Positions 1 through 12,024 of a DNA stretch of 64,000 bases are shown in pieces; the first letter of the stretch is position 1; each line of letters starts with the position of its first letter. Under the pieces are notes generated by a model that saw only the letters and a list, made by a program, of their open reading frames with translations, made no database searches and had not been told where the DNA came from. Source of the DNA: Octopus vulgaris (taxonomy: Eukaryota); NCBI GenBank assembly GCA_951406725.2, contig OX597815.1, positions 2,790,001 to 2,854,000 on the forward strand. Direction: 5' to 3'. The position numbers and the translations under genes were made by a program.

Positions 1-104
1 TGACCACAAACTTCACTATTATTAAAGATCAGTTCCTTGTTTTTTTTAATAGACTCCTTAGATTTTTTTTTGTATATATATTTGTCCGTGGTGCACAAGT
101 GTTA

Positions 105-420
105 TTCAGTGCAGTTTCTCTTTTTGTCTTTAGCACATAGAGCAGCAGGTTGATGCAAGTGGTTCCTGTTGGCTGCCAGTTTCTCTACATCCAACCAGGT
201 GACACTGGCTTCTCTCAGGTCACTTAAGAATGTTCTGTGTCACCTAGTTTTCCATCTTTCTCTCTTTTCCCCTCTGGTGGTGTCCATTTGAAAGCTGTTT
301 TAGAATGGCCTTGTTCTGGTAGCCCCAATGTATATGTAACCTGCTAGCTTTAATCTTCACCTGGATTTCACTTGGAAACAGGTGAAGGTTGACAGCTGGA
401 AGGACATCTGATCATAGAAA
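105..420 (-). mobile_element. RTE-clade LINE, degenerate 3' end of ORF
   Basis: Frameshifted minus-strand translation RLKLAGY..GLPEQGHSKTAFKWTPPEGKR..RTFLSDLREASVTWLDVEKLAANRNHLHQPAALC matches the C-terminal pattern of RTE-clade ORFs. Confidence 0.75.
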
Positions 421-1170
421 AACTGACCCAAAGTCTATCCTGGTGCAAAAATTAAATTATGATGCTATCTGAAATCCCCCAACTGCTCAACAGATCACCA
501 TCATTTAATGCTCGTTGCCCAAACAGGGATGAGTTGGATGGTTTGACAGGATCCAGTGAATCAGAAAACTGTATCAAGCTCGAAAATCCATTCTGGCACG
601 ATTGGCATGGCTGGATGCCCTCCTTTATGTCATACATTAAATCTGAAAAAATTTTGGAAAATGTTCTAGTGTTCACAGAGAACACCTCAATGGCTGCCTT
701 GTGAACCACAATTCCTCTGGCGCTGAGCTACGACCCACATCATTATCACTGCCCTTACTTTGTTACATAACTTTCAAACATTCATCTCCTTCGCAAATGT
801 AACAAAACAACACAAGTCATTATTAAAGAGAATATGTATGGGATGCAGTGACATTCACATCTTTGATGAAGAGCATTAGTGACATAAGCAGGATAAATAC
901 ATCCGGGAGTTGAAGGTTAGATGCAGAATCATTTCTTGGACCACAGAATGAACCTCATAGATCTGCTCTAGTAAACATACCAAGGAGAGGAGGGGAGGGC
1001 AGAGAGGGAGAGAGAAGGGATAACCACATCTATTGCCATTCTCAGCATTCCTGGAATTCTTTAGTTATTAAAAAATATTGAATTACTGTATGTATATATG
1101 TGAATGTTTGCGTATTTGTGATGTGCATGTGTGTTCAGAGGAAATGGGGGAAAGGGCAGAAATCATAATG

Positions 1171-1231
1171 TTCAATTTGATAATTAGGTCACATTCAATT
1201 TGATAATTAGGTCAGGTTCAATTTGATAATT
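1171..1231. repeat. 23-bp tandem repeat, about 2.7 copies (TTCAATTTGATAATTAGGTCAnn)
   Basis: Read directly. Confidence 0.85.
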
Positions 1232-1420
1232 CTGCCATTGTTGACTTTGCCTTTCAGCCTTTTGGGGGTCAATAAAACAAGTGCCAGTTGAGCAGAAAGG
1301 GCAATATAATAGATTTACCTCTATTCCCTTGGAAATATTGACCTTGTGCCCAAATTTGAAACCAAAATATTAAATCATGGTCATCAACGAAGCTTTAGTG
1401 CAAACCAGTGTTTAAGTAGG

Positions 1421-2084
1421 AGCAACATTTAGGCTAGTTGAAATACGTTTGTCACATATTTCAACTGCTAAAAGGCAAATACACTGCAGTTATGGTAGAG
1501 AGAAAAAAATCTCTCTTATGGTAAAAAGGTGTGAAAACACACAGTTCAGTGTTGCCATCTATTAGGAATTCAAAACATTGATGTTTTGAGTTTTTGGACT
1601 TTTGTCAATGAGATGTGCCTAAGGGGGGTAACTCTGAATGAATTTAATAAAGTCATAGCTTTATATATAATTCAGTCAAGATGTTGGCTTACTTGTACAA
1701 GTAGATTGCCCAATCAAGGTAAACAACAAATGCTACCACAAAGCAGTGTTTAGATATGAGCAGAATTTAAGCTAGTTATTTACCCCAATCAGGCAATCTA
1801 CTCGTGCAAATCAGTCAACGTGTTGACTGGATTATACATAAAGCAACAGCTTTATTAAGTTCATTCAGAGTTACCTTTCTCAGGTACATCTCATTGACAA
1901 GTGTCAAAAAACTCAAAACGTCGATGTCTGGGATTCCTAATAGATGGTGACATTGAATGAACCAGGTGTTTTCACACCATTTTACCATATGAGATTTTTT
2001 TTTTCTCTACCATAACTGCATAGTATTTGCCTTTTAGCAGTTGAAATACGTGACAAATATATTTCAACTAGCCTAAATCCTGCT
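1421..2084. repeat. Long imperfect inverted repeat (foldback/MITE-like), arms about 300 bp
   Basis: AGCAACATTTAGGCTAGTTGAAATA...GGTAAA (1421-1723) is reverse-complementary to TTTACC...TATTTCAACTAGCCTAAATCCTGCT (1779-2084). Confidence 0.85.
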
Positions 2085-2681
2085 AAGTTATGGTTGTATC
2101 AGAGACTGGGAGGAAAAGTAAGAGGGCGAGCAGAAAGACAGTGTGTGTGTGTGTGTGTGTGTGCATGCATGTATCTGTGTCATACAAGTAAGGCTGTTCA
2201 TTTAGCTGTCTTTTGTGAAAGATCTCTCTGGCCATGGAGCAAATATTACCTTGCTTGAAAACAGCATTGATGACAATTGTCATCACATGTGATAATGAAA
2301 TATATCCATCAATTATACTATGCTCATTCTGCTTACATGACTCCCTGTCTTAATAGAAGAGTGAATGAATATTAACAATTGTAGCTCATTAACAACAGAT
2401 TCATTGTTCATTAGTATACATCCCACCCATGCTAGCATGGAAGGTAGACGTTAAATGATGATGAGTATGATGCAAGTGTGTGTATGGGACCCTAAGTGTA
2501 TGAACCCCCTTCTATAGGTATGCTTGCCTATGCATATTTGTTTATGTATGGCTTCTGGATGCATCAGTGCACCTCTTGACTGTGCTGTGGTGTGTCTCCC
2601 TTTCAATGGAGTTAAAAGGTGACAGCTATTAATAATATTATTTACATTTGACGGATATTTGTCCTCATCTTGATTGTTGTT

Positions 2682-2727
2682 AACACAACGTTTCAGCTCA
2701 TATACCCTCCAGCCTTCATCAGGTGTC
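2682..2727 (-). ncRNA. Minimal type I hammerhead ribozyme motif (Penelope-type)
   Basis: Minus strand GACAC CUGAUGA A GGCU(ggagggtatatg)AGCU GAAA CG UU GUGUU: stem I, intact core, stem II and palindromic AACGUU stem III. Confidence 0.7.
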
Positions 2728-2868
2728 TTGTGGTTAAGAGTGCGGGCTACTAACCCCAAGATTCTGAGTTCAATTCCAGGTAGTAACCTGAATAATAATA
2801 ATAATAATAACAACAACAACATCAAAAAATACCTTAGGAATGAAAACCCAGGTTCTAAATTTCCCCAA

Positions 2869-2914
2869 GACACCTGATGAAGGCAGGAGGGTATATCAGC
2901 TGAAATGTTGTGTT
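2869..2914 (+). ncRNA. Minimal type I hammerhead ribozyme motif (CpG-decayed copy)
   Basis: GACAC CUGAUGA A GGC..GCU GAAA UG UU GUGUU. The stem III CG has mutated to TG. Confidence 0.55.
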
Positions 2915-3019
2915 AACAACAAACAAGATGAGGACAAATATCCATCAAATGTAAATAATGTAAATAATGTACATAATTCCTCATCTCTTAAATATAGAAC
3001 TATTAATAATATCCTCATA

Positions 3020-3700
3020 TCATCATCATTGTTTAACATCTGCTTTCAATGCTGGTATGGGTTGGACCACGTTCCAATCTGATTTGGCAACATTTCTACA
3101 GCTGGATGCCCTTCCTAATGCCAACCACTGCAAAAGTGTAGTGGGTGCATTTTACATGCCACCGGCATGGGTGCCATTGACCTAATACCAGCATCAGCTA
3201 CGACTGGTTTCACTTGTCTTGACAGGTCAACACTCAAATGGTGCTTTTTATGTGCCACCGGCACAGGTGCCATCGACCAGACACTGGCATCAGCCACAAC
3301 TACGGTTCACTTGTCTTGACAGGTCAACACAAGCACGGTATATCACCAAGGGTCTTGGTCACCTGTCCACTGCCTTCATGAGGCCCAATGCTTGAATGGT
3401 GCTTTTTCCATGCCACTGGCATGGGTGCCAGTCAGGCGGCACTGGCATTGACCATGACTACGATTTCACTCAGTCCAACAGGTCTTCACAAGAAACATCA
3501 TATTGCTCAACAATTGACGGGTGCTTTTAACAGGCCAGTTATGTGACACTCGCATCGGCCATAACTACAATGTCACTTGGTTTGAGATAACTTGGTTTGC
3601 CTCCATGAGGCCCAAAGCACAAATGATGCTTTTTACATGTCCCCTGCACAGGTGCCAATCAGACAGCACTGGCATCGGCCATGACTACAATCTCACTCGG
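3020..3700 (-). mobile_element. Repeat family C: (GAT)n-tailed element with a minisatellite body
   Basis: Shared block GCTGGATGCCCTTCCTAA(C/T)GCCAACCAC, tandem units containing GGTGCTTTTTACATGCCACTGGCA, and a (CAT)n end on the + strand. Confidence 0.75.
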
Positions 3701-3800
3701 TTGTATATCATCACAAATACATACAGAAGATATAAATGCAAGGAAAATACACAAACACACACACGAAGATTTATTTATATTAACATTAATGCACTCAACC

Positions 3801-3962
3801 GCAGGAGTGGCTGTGTGGTAAGTAGCTTGCTTACCAGCCACATGGTTCTGGGTTCAGTCTCACTGCGTGGCACCTTGGGCAAGTGTCTTCTACTATAGCC
3901 TCGGGCCGACCAAAGAAATGTGAGTGGATTTGGTAGGCGGAAACTGAAAGAAGCCCGTCGTG

Positions 3963-3997
<35 letters not shown>

Positions 3998-4184
3998 TTG
4001 TCCTCCAGCATTGCTTGACAACTGATGGTGGCATGTCTACTTCCCCGTAACTTAGCAGTTCAGCAAAAGAGACCGATAGAATAAGTACTAGGCTTACAAA
4101 GAATAAGTCCTGGGGTCGATTTGTTCGACTAAAGGTGGTGCTCCAGCATGACCGCAGTCAAATGACTGGAACAAATAAAAAAGA
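3801..4184 (+). mobile_element. tRNA-derived SINE family A, near full length, 16-bp TSD
   Basis: Head GCAGGAGTGGCTGTGTGGTAAG..GGTTCAGTC, central (TA)/(TG)n, tail GGTGCTCCAGCATG..GACTGGAAC. TSD ATTAATGCACTCAACC at 3785-3800 and 4185-4200. Confidence 0.9.
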
Positions 4185-4424
4185 ATTAATGCACTCAACC
4201 GGTTTCACATTTGTATGGTTTTTAAAAGTTTAAATTTTGAGTAATGTGGAGCTGCACTGAAAACTATTGTCTACAGAACTGTTCAAGAAATACACACCAG
4301 TAATACACTGAGGGAGGATAGACAGAAAAAGAACAAGTGATGGACAAGAAATAAGGAAAAGGGAAGGAAAAAATGCAGAGGAAATGAAAAGGGAATGAGG
4401 GAATGAAAAAGCAGAAAAGACTAG

Positions 4425-4725
4425 AGAGGGTGGAGGGAAGGAGAGAAAGGGGAGGGAGAGGGGGAGGGAGAGGGGGAGAGGGAGAGAGAGAGGGAGAAAG
4501 AGGGAGAGGGGTGTGAAGACAACTCCAGCAGACATATTGTATTTGTTTATCGAAAGTGAAGATATGAAAGTTTTGTTAGAGAAGATCTGGTAGCAAGAAA
4601 AATGGTTATTCCAGACGGAATCTCAGCAAGAACCCATGCAGAAGGTGTGTATTAATGGTAGGTTGGGACATCTGGAGGTAGGACGGGTTGGGGGTGGGTG
4701 GGGTGGTGGGTGGGGTGGTGGGGCA
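4425..4725 (+). repeat. Purine-rich and G-run low-complexity tracts (G-quadruplex-forming potential)
   Basis: (GGGAGA)n at about 4440-4510 and GGGTTGGGGGTGGGTGGG at about 4685-4725. Confidence 0.7.
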
Positions 4726-4939
4726 AAGTAGGGTAGATGTGAGGTGGAAGAGGTTTTTTTTGCCCTGGCACTGACAAAAAGGTTAAGGAACAATAGAAAT
4801 ATGCAGATAAATCTACCCCCACCCCCTCCGCCATACCAAACTTGCCTAATACTGCCCCACATCGACCCACCCTCACTCACCCGAACCAACTAATTGAGTG
4901 TACTCAGTACAATAAGTTGGGGTGCAAGCGAGTGCAACT

Positions 4940-5600
4940 AATAGCAGTAGTGGTGATGGTGGTGGTGGTGGTAATAGAGTTGGTGTTGTTGGTAGTAGTA
5001 ATAGTAGTAGTAAGTAGTAGTAGTGCTGGTGATAGTAGTAGTAGTAGTGGTGGTGGTGGTGATAGTTGTAGTAGTGGTGGTGGTGGTGATGATAGTAGTA
5101 GTAGTGGTGGTGATAGTAGTAGTAGTAGTGGTGGTGGTGGTGATAGTTGTAGTAGTGGTATTAGTGGTGATGGTGGTATTAGTGGTGATGGTAGTAGTAG
5201 TGGTTGTGGTGGTGGTAGTAAAGATGGTGGTGGTGGTAGTGGTGGTGATAGTAGTAGTAATGGTTGTGGTTGTGGTAGTAGTAGTAGTTGTGGTGGTGGT
5301 AGTAGAGATGGTGGTGGTGGTGATAGTAGTGGTGGTGATAGTAGTAGTAGTGGCTGTGGTGGTGGTAGTAGTAGTAGTAGTAGTGGTGGTTATAGTAGTG
5401 GTGGTGATAGTAGTAGTAATAGTGGTGGTGGTGGTGGTAGTATTAGTTGTAGTAGCACTGATGGTGCTAACAGTAGTAGTAGTAGTAGTAGTGATAGTGG
5501 TGGTTGCAGAGGTAGTAGAGGTAGTAGTAGTAGTAAGAGTGGTGGTAACTGTTATGGTGCTGGTAGTAGTGGTGGAGGTGGTTGTGGTCAATGTGGTGAT
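4940..5600. repeat. Compound (GGT/AGT/GAT)n trinucleotide microsatellite
   Basis: Read directly. It explains the poly-V, poly-T and Gly/Ser ORFs. Confidence 0.95.
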
Positions 5601-5649
5601 AAAGGTGTTTCCCAAACAATGCTAAGACCAGTGGCAACAACTGTTATTG

Positions 5650-6300
5650 TTGCTGTTTAACCCTAGGTCCAGCTGTACCATCCCCAATCCACCAAACAGA
5701 CATATGATGATGATGATGATGATGGTGTATCTTAGACTATATCATTCAACATGTCCTTCATATTTATAAAGCTCAAGGCTGTGATATAAAAGATATTTGG
5801 CTGCTATTTCTAGCTGCTTGAGAAACTACACTGAGGCGTCCCCATTGGCTCATGATAACTGTTTAATGTTGTTTAACCCCAGGCTAAACCTGATCCAGCA
5901 GACAAGCCTAGGATGAAAAGCATGATTAATATAGCCATTCTATCTTTTATTCTCCCACCCCAACACACGGCATTGCTAGGACTACATTATTTAATATGTT
6001 CTTCATGGGATATACGAGGGAATTGGTTGTTATTTCTAGCAAGTCAAGCTTGTGATAGTGATGGTTAGCTGCTGTCCCTGCAGTGTATGGATTAAAGTTC
6101 TTAATCCCCCCCCCACCTTAGGGTCAAATCTACCTAGCCCTAAGTCAACATGCTGGTATTTAGCCCCAGGTCTGCCCCTGATCAAACAGCCCTATGATGA
6201 AAGGTGTTCCAGCCATGACCATCTCAACTTTTTAGGGTTATCTAAGATTGCTTTTTCTAATGACTTTGCTGTGGTTAAGATGGTAAGATGTGGTTGAAGG
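5650..6300 (-). mobile_element. Old dispersed repeat family F, about three tandem degenerate copies
   Basis: Recurrent motif GATTTGGCTGCTATTTCTAGC with a GTTGTTTAACCCCAGG end. Further copies near 6.8-7.0, 13.2-13.5, 16.8-17.0, 33.8-34.2, 37.9, 38.7, 39.9, 57.6 and 59.6 kb. Confidence 0.6.
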
Positions 6301-6303
6301 AGA

Positions 6304-6770
6304 TCATCATCATCATCATCGTTTAACGTCTGTTTTCCATGCTGGCATGAGTTGGATGGTTCAGCTGGGGTCTGGGAAGCCAGGAAACTGCACCAGGTTC
6401 CAGTCTGATCTGGCAAGGTTTCTACAGCTGGAAGCCCTTCCTAATGCCAACCACTCCGTGAGTGTACTGGGTGCTTTTTACGTGTCACCAGCACAGGGGC
6501 CAGAGGGGGCTGGCATTGGCCACATTTGGATGGTGCTTTTTACATACCACTGGCACAGAAGCCGGTTAGGGCAAGTGGTCTGGCATCAACCATAATCAGA
6601 TGGTGCTTTTTATGCGCCACTGGCATGGGAGCCAGTCAGGGCGGTGCTGGCATCGGCCATGTTCAGATGGTGCTTTTTACATGCCACCAGCACAGAAGCC
6701 AGTGGTTTTTACGTGCCACCAGCATGGGAGCCAGTCAGGGCGGTGCTGGCATCGGCCATGTTCAGATGGT
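6304..6770 (-). mobile_element. Repeat family C copy
   Basis: Same blocks as 3020-3700. Confidence 0.8.
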
Positions 6771-7486
6771 TGCTATTTCTAGTAGGTTGTATTATTTATT
6801 GCAGTAGCAATTGGTACAGTGTAGCTCTTAGCTGGTCAGCCCTGGTTGTGCATTCCTATGATCAAAGACATTCCAAAACCATAATCCACCATTTTCCAAA
6901 CATATTTAGATTCAAGTTTAAATAAACTAAAGTGTACTTGCATTTTTCTTTTAGATGGTAAGAAACAATATGAGGGACTTTTGGCTACTATTTTTAGCAG
7001 ATTAAATGCAACACAGAGATTCCCTCATTGGTGATCTAGTCTAGAGGTGGTCTGCCCTTGGGCAGGAGGTCCTGTGCATGTGAATCTTCTCCAGCACTTT
7101 ATATATGACCTGGAAGGAACCGTACCCTCCCCTACTACGGTTAAGTGGATTACTGGAACTTCAGTTGCCATGACTAGACATGGAATGAATCCTGGGGTGG
7201 TTTACCATTGCCTTCTCCCGGCTGGTGGGATTTGAACTCAGAATGTAGACAGCTGGAAGATATAGCGTAAAGCATGTCTGCCGGTGTGCTAATGATTCTG
7301 CTACTCTCGCACCCGCAGAGCAATGTGAAGTGATGTGTTTTGCTCAAGATCACAATGTGCTGCTCAGGTCGAGAATCAAGCTATCATGAGTGCAAGACCC
7401 TAATCTCTAGGCATTTCAGAAAGAGAAAGATTAACAGAGACATGTGCTTGCATGTGTGCGTGCGTGCGTGTGTGTGTGTCGGTGTG

Positions 7487-7532
<46 letters not shown>

Positions 7533-8789
7533 TATGTGTGTGTTTGTATGTGTTGTTGACAATGGATGACCCCAAAGGGGGACATGGCAGGTACTTTATC
7601 TACTGTTTAAAAGCAAAGTTGGCTTCAGCAAGACTTGAACCCAGATCATTAAGGGTTGGAAGAAATACAACTCTGATGATTCTGCCAATTTGCCAGCCTG
7701 GCTGCACTTACAATAATTCTTTTTAATTTTGGCCCAAGGTCAGCAATTTTGAAGTCAGTTACATTAAGTCCTTTGTTCACCTGATATTTATTTTAATGAA
7801 CCCCAAAAGTAGCCCTCAGCAGGATTTGAACTCAGAATATAAAGTCAGAAGAAATGCCCCTAAGTATTTTGGCCGGTGTACCTTGGCTGTCTTTACAATA
7901 ATAACAAAACAATAGAAGCCCTTTATGTGGTCACTTACTAGAAATAGCAGTCAATTTTGCTTTTGTATTTGGTTTGCACCATTCTTGATGTGAACTGTGG
8001 AGTTGAAACATTTTGTTGTATCTCAGAATTTAACCAATTAAGTAATTGATTGCTTGATTAAAAGACAAACAGACCAGAAGCAGATCTGGAATAGAGAGGG
8101 TGTGTCAGTTGATGAGGCCTTGAATGGTGATGAAAAGGCTTTGACAAGCCTAACTGATTGACTGATAGATAGAATGATTAATTAAACAATCAGTTAACTG
8201 GTTAAAAGGCTAACCAATTGACAAAGAAGTGAAACAGAACCAGTGCATGTGTTTATTATTGGCAAAATGACCCTCCCAAGATACAACAAAACAGCAGATA
8301 AATTTCTCTTAACAAAAATACATAAAATACAGGACGTCTAAATAAAAAATGGGATGGTCATGGCTGAAACACTTTTGAACATAGATTTATCCAATGAGAT
8401 CTGACAAAGATCAAAACAACAATAACAATTAGTGACAGTTGCTTCTAATTTTGGTACAACACCAGTAATTTTGAGGGAAGGGGGTTAGTCTATATTATTG
8501 ACCCTAGTAATTAACTTGTACTTTATTTTATTGACCCTAGAAAGCTGAAAAATAAAGTTGACTTCAGCAGGGTTTGAACTCAGAATATAAAATGTTGGAA
8601 CAAATGAGGTAACACATTTTTTCCGAACACTAACAATTTTGCCAGTTCCATGCCCTTATAACTACTAATTCTGCCAAGAATTACTACTAATAAGAGCATA
8701 GAGCAATAAACTGTGTACCAGTCAAATACTGGGGTCAATATCATCAACTACCAGTCTTCTGGCTTTGAACCTAAATTAGAAACCAGCCA

Positions 8790-9292
8790 GAAAGGAAAGA
8801 CAGTTTTCCTCTGTCTGGTGGCTATGACGAAGGAAGTGGTGTGGTGGACGAGATTGAAAGGACCGAAGACAGACACTCTCCTCTTTGGCCAAGCCCTCAT
8901 CGACTTTTCAAAGTTCCACTTGAAAAGGCAAATGAGTGTAGAGAGGGGAGTTCTCCCCTCCCCCACTCCCCGTGAATTTTCTGAAAGGTGGGTGTATGTG
9001 GTGAGGATGGCCCATGTGAATGGTCCTACTCTGAAATTTCATTTGTAAACCGGAGGAGTTGAAAAGGAGCGAGGCACCTGCTGAGGTGTATCTGATGGTC
9101 AGAATAACCAGAATGTGCGGGGTTCCTCGGCTTTCCCTGTGAGGAATTTTCCCCTTTTGGGAAATTATTATTATTGTTTGTTTTTGTTACTTATTGTTGT
9201 TCAACACCCTACTTGTCCCTTGTAGTGTATCATCCCTGCTTGTTTTGTGTTCAGCCCTTGTGGCCAATGAAGAAAGGATTATTATTATTATT
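8790..9292 (+). mobile_element. Tx1/L1-clade LINE 3' end (ORF2 C-terminus, 3' UTR, (TTA)n tail)
   Basis: KEVVWWTRLKG..GQALIDFSKFHLKRQMSVER..FSERW resembles Tx1-type ORF2 ends. A second copy lies at about 35107-35380 (-). Confidence 0.65.
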
Positions 9293-9932
9293 AAGCAATA
9301 ATAAATCTCTGAGTGAGACGTAACCAGTAGCAACACGGAATCACGAAGTATATTTACCACCTAAATGAGGCGGACCTGTAAGGGACGATGCTACTGTTGT
9401 TTATAACCACAGGAAGACATCTCCTCCAGCTGGCTAAAAAGCATATAGTATTTTGCGTTTAATCTGAGTTTTCATCACAAGCTGGTGGTTGTCACACGCT
9501 AATGATGGGTTACTATTCAGAAACCAGGGTCCGTGGGCATCCCATAAGGCTAGAGATGGGAGCGATGATTTTCCTTCGCAAATACTAATTGGACACAGAC
9601 AATGTGTGTTTAGCCAGCTGGAGGAGATGTCTTCCTGGGGCTATAAACAACAGTGGCAACGTCCCTTATGGGTCCACCACATTTAGGTGGAAAATATAAT
9701 CCACGATTATTATTATTATTACTACGATTATTTATACCATCACTACTAGTAATAACAACAAAAGCAATAAAATGGTTTCTAATTGTCACACAAAGCCAGG
9801 CAGTTTTAGAAGAAGGGCTCAACAGATACAGGTTTCACCAAACCCAAAAGGATCAATGGCAAAGTTGACCAACAGGATTCGAACTCAGAACATGAAATGT
9901 CTGACATGCTAATGATTCTGCCAGCTTGCCAC

Positions 9933-10412
9933 ATCATCGTTCATCATTTAAAATCCGTTTTCCATGCTGGTGTGGGTTGGACGGTTTAACTGAGGTCTGG
10001 AGAGCCAGTGGCTGCACCAGGCTCCAATCTGATCTGGCAATGTTTCTACAGCTGGATGCTCTTCCTAATGCCAGCCACTCCGAGAGTGCAGTGGGTACTT
10101 TTTACGTGCTACTGGCATAGGAGCCAGTCAGGTGGGCCTGGCATCAATCAAGTTCAGATGGTGCTTTTTACATGCCACTGGCACGGAAGCCAGACTGGAG
10201 GTACTGGTATCAGCTATGTTCAGATGGTTTTATGTGCCACCGGCATAAGAGCCAATCAGGGGGTAGTGGCAGCAGTCACGTTTGGATGGTGCTTTTTATG
10301 TGCCACTGGCACAAGAGCCAGTCAGGGGGTACTGGCATCGACCACATTCGGACAATGCTGTTTATGTACCACCGGCAGAAGAGCGTGTCAGGGGGCACTA
10401 GCCAAAACTACG
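9933..10412 (-). mobile_element. Repeat family C copy
   Basis: Same blocks as 3020-3700. Confidence 0.8.
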
Positions 10413-10414
10413 AT

Positions 10415-10848
10415 AATGGTTTCAAATTTTTCCACAAGGGCAGCCATTTTGGGGCAGGTGAGGAGTCGATTACATCGACCTCAGTATTTCACTGGTACTT
10501 AATTTATCGACCCGGAAAGGATGAAAGGCAAAGTTGACCTCATCAGAATTTGAACTCAGAATGTAAAGACAGACAAAAATACTGCTAAGCTTTTCACCCG
10601 GCAAGCTAACAATTTTGCCAGCTCACCACGTTAATAATAATCCTTTCTACTATAGGCACAAGGCCTGAAATTTTAGGGGAGGTGGGGATCAGTCGATTAG
10701 ATCGACACCAGTACTCAACTGGTACTTAATTTATCAACCCCAAAAGGACGAAAGGCAAATTTGACCTCAGGAGAATTTGAACTCAGAATGTAAGAACAGA
10801 ATTAATTCTGCAAAAATGGCGAGTTAATGATTCTGCCAGCTCGCTGCC

Positions 10849-10895
<47 letters not shown>

Positions 10896-11541
10896 CTTTT
10901 CTACTAAAGGCACAAGGCTTGAAATTTTGGGAGAGGTCAATTACATTGACCCCAGTTTTTGAATGGTAATTAATTTATCGATCCCCGTGCCGGTGGCACG
11001 TAAAAAGCACCCACTACACTCATGGAGTGGTTGGCGTTAGGAAGGGCATCCAGCCGTAGAAACATTGCCAGATCAAGATTGGAGCCTGGTGCAGCCTTCT
11101 GGCTTCCCAGACCCCAGTTGAACCGTCCAACCCATGCTAGCATGGAAAGCGGACGCTAAACGATGATGATGATCCCAAAAGTATGAAAGACAAAGTCAAC
11201 CTTGGTGGAATTTGAACTCAGAACGTAGTGATGGGTGAAATACCGCTAAGCAGTTCGTCCAGCGTGCTAACAATTCTGCCAGCTCGCAGCCATAATAATG
11301 ATAATTATAATAATAACAACAACAACAATGGTTTCGAATTTTGCCACAAGGGCAGCAATTTTGGGGGATGGGGATGAATCGATTACATCAACCCCAGTGT
11401 TCAACTGGTCCTTATTTTATCGACCCTGAAAGGACGAAAGGCAAAGTCGACCTTGGTGGAATTTCAACTCAGAGTGTAGCAACGGGTGAAATATCGCTAA
11501 GCATTTCATCCAGCTAACAATTCTGCTAACTCACCACCTTA
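10415..11541 (-). mobile_element. Four head-to-tail copies of SINE family B (Meta/MESC-domain-like tRNA SINE)
   Basis: Repeated ATCGACCC..AAGGATGAAAGGCAAAGTCGACCT..AATTTGAACTCAGAA..CTGCCAGCTC blocks separated by (AAT)n. The third copy is interrupted by a family C fragment (10985-11172, +). Confidence 0.8.
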
Positions 11542-11585
<44 letters not shown>

Positions 11586-12024
11586 TTCTCTTCCTCAAGA
11601 AAGTTCTGATTTGATGTAAGTGATAAGGATGTGAAGAGGAAGTACTTAAAGAAACTGAACCGAGTGAAGTTGATGGCCTCATAGTGAACTGAGGGGTATT
11701 TTCTTCAAATCCTCATTTATACTCCTATAATGAGTCAAAAGATTTGATTAGAAGGCGCAAGGCAATTAACACAGCTATTAATAGCATGAGAGAATAAATA
11801 CCTTGTGGTTAATGTTTAGCTTTTTGTTATTCAGAGTTGAAATCTCATTGAGGTCAGCTTTGCTTTTCATCTGTTTTAGAGCTAATAAAATACTGGCTAG
11901 CATGAGGTCAAGTCTTCTCTGAAGATCATGAGGACCATTTGTGTCCCTTCCCTTCAAGAAATGGAGAAATGGTGTTGAGCAAGGATTCAGGGCCCTTCTC
12001 TCCTGATAAGTCTATTACACACTG

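Larger units (their letters stand above)
2637..3001 (+). mobile_element. 5'-truncated tRNA-headed SINE carrying a hammerhead motif, preceded by an inverted copy of its own 3' part
   Basis: Head TGGTTAAGAGTGCGGGCTACTAACCCCAAG..GAGTTCAATTCC (A/B boxes), then (AAT)n, body and GACAC-CTGATGA..GAAA. 2637-2730 is the reverse complement of 2866-2959. Confidence 0.8.

Noticed and set aside
4842-5660. Gly/Ser-rich, Thr-rich (mucin-like) and Val-rich ORFs
   Set aside because: Several frames are open because the DNA is (GGT/AGT)n.
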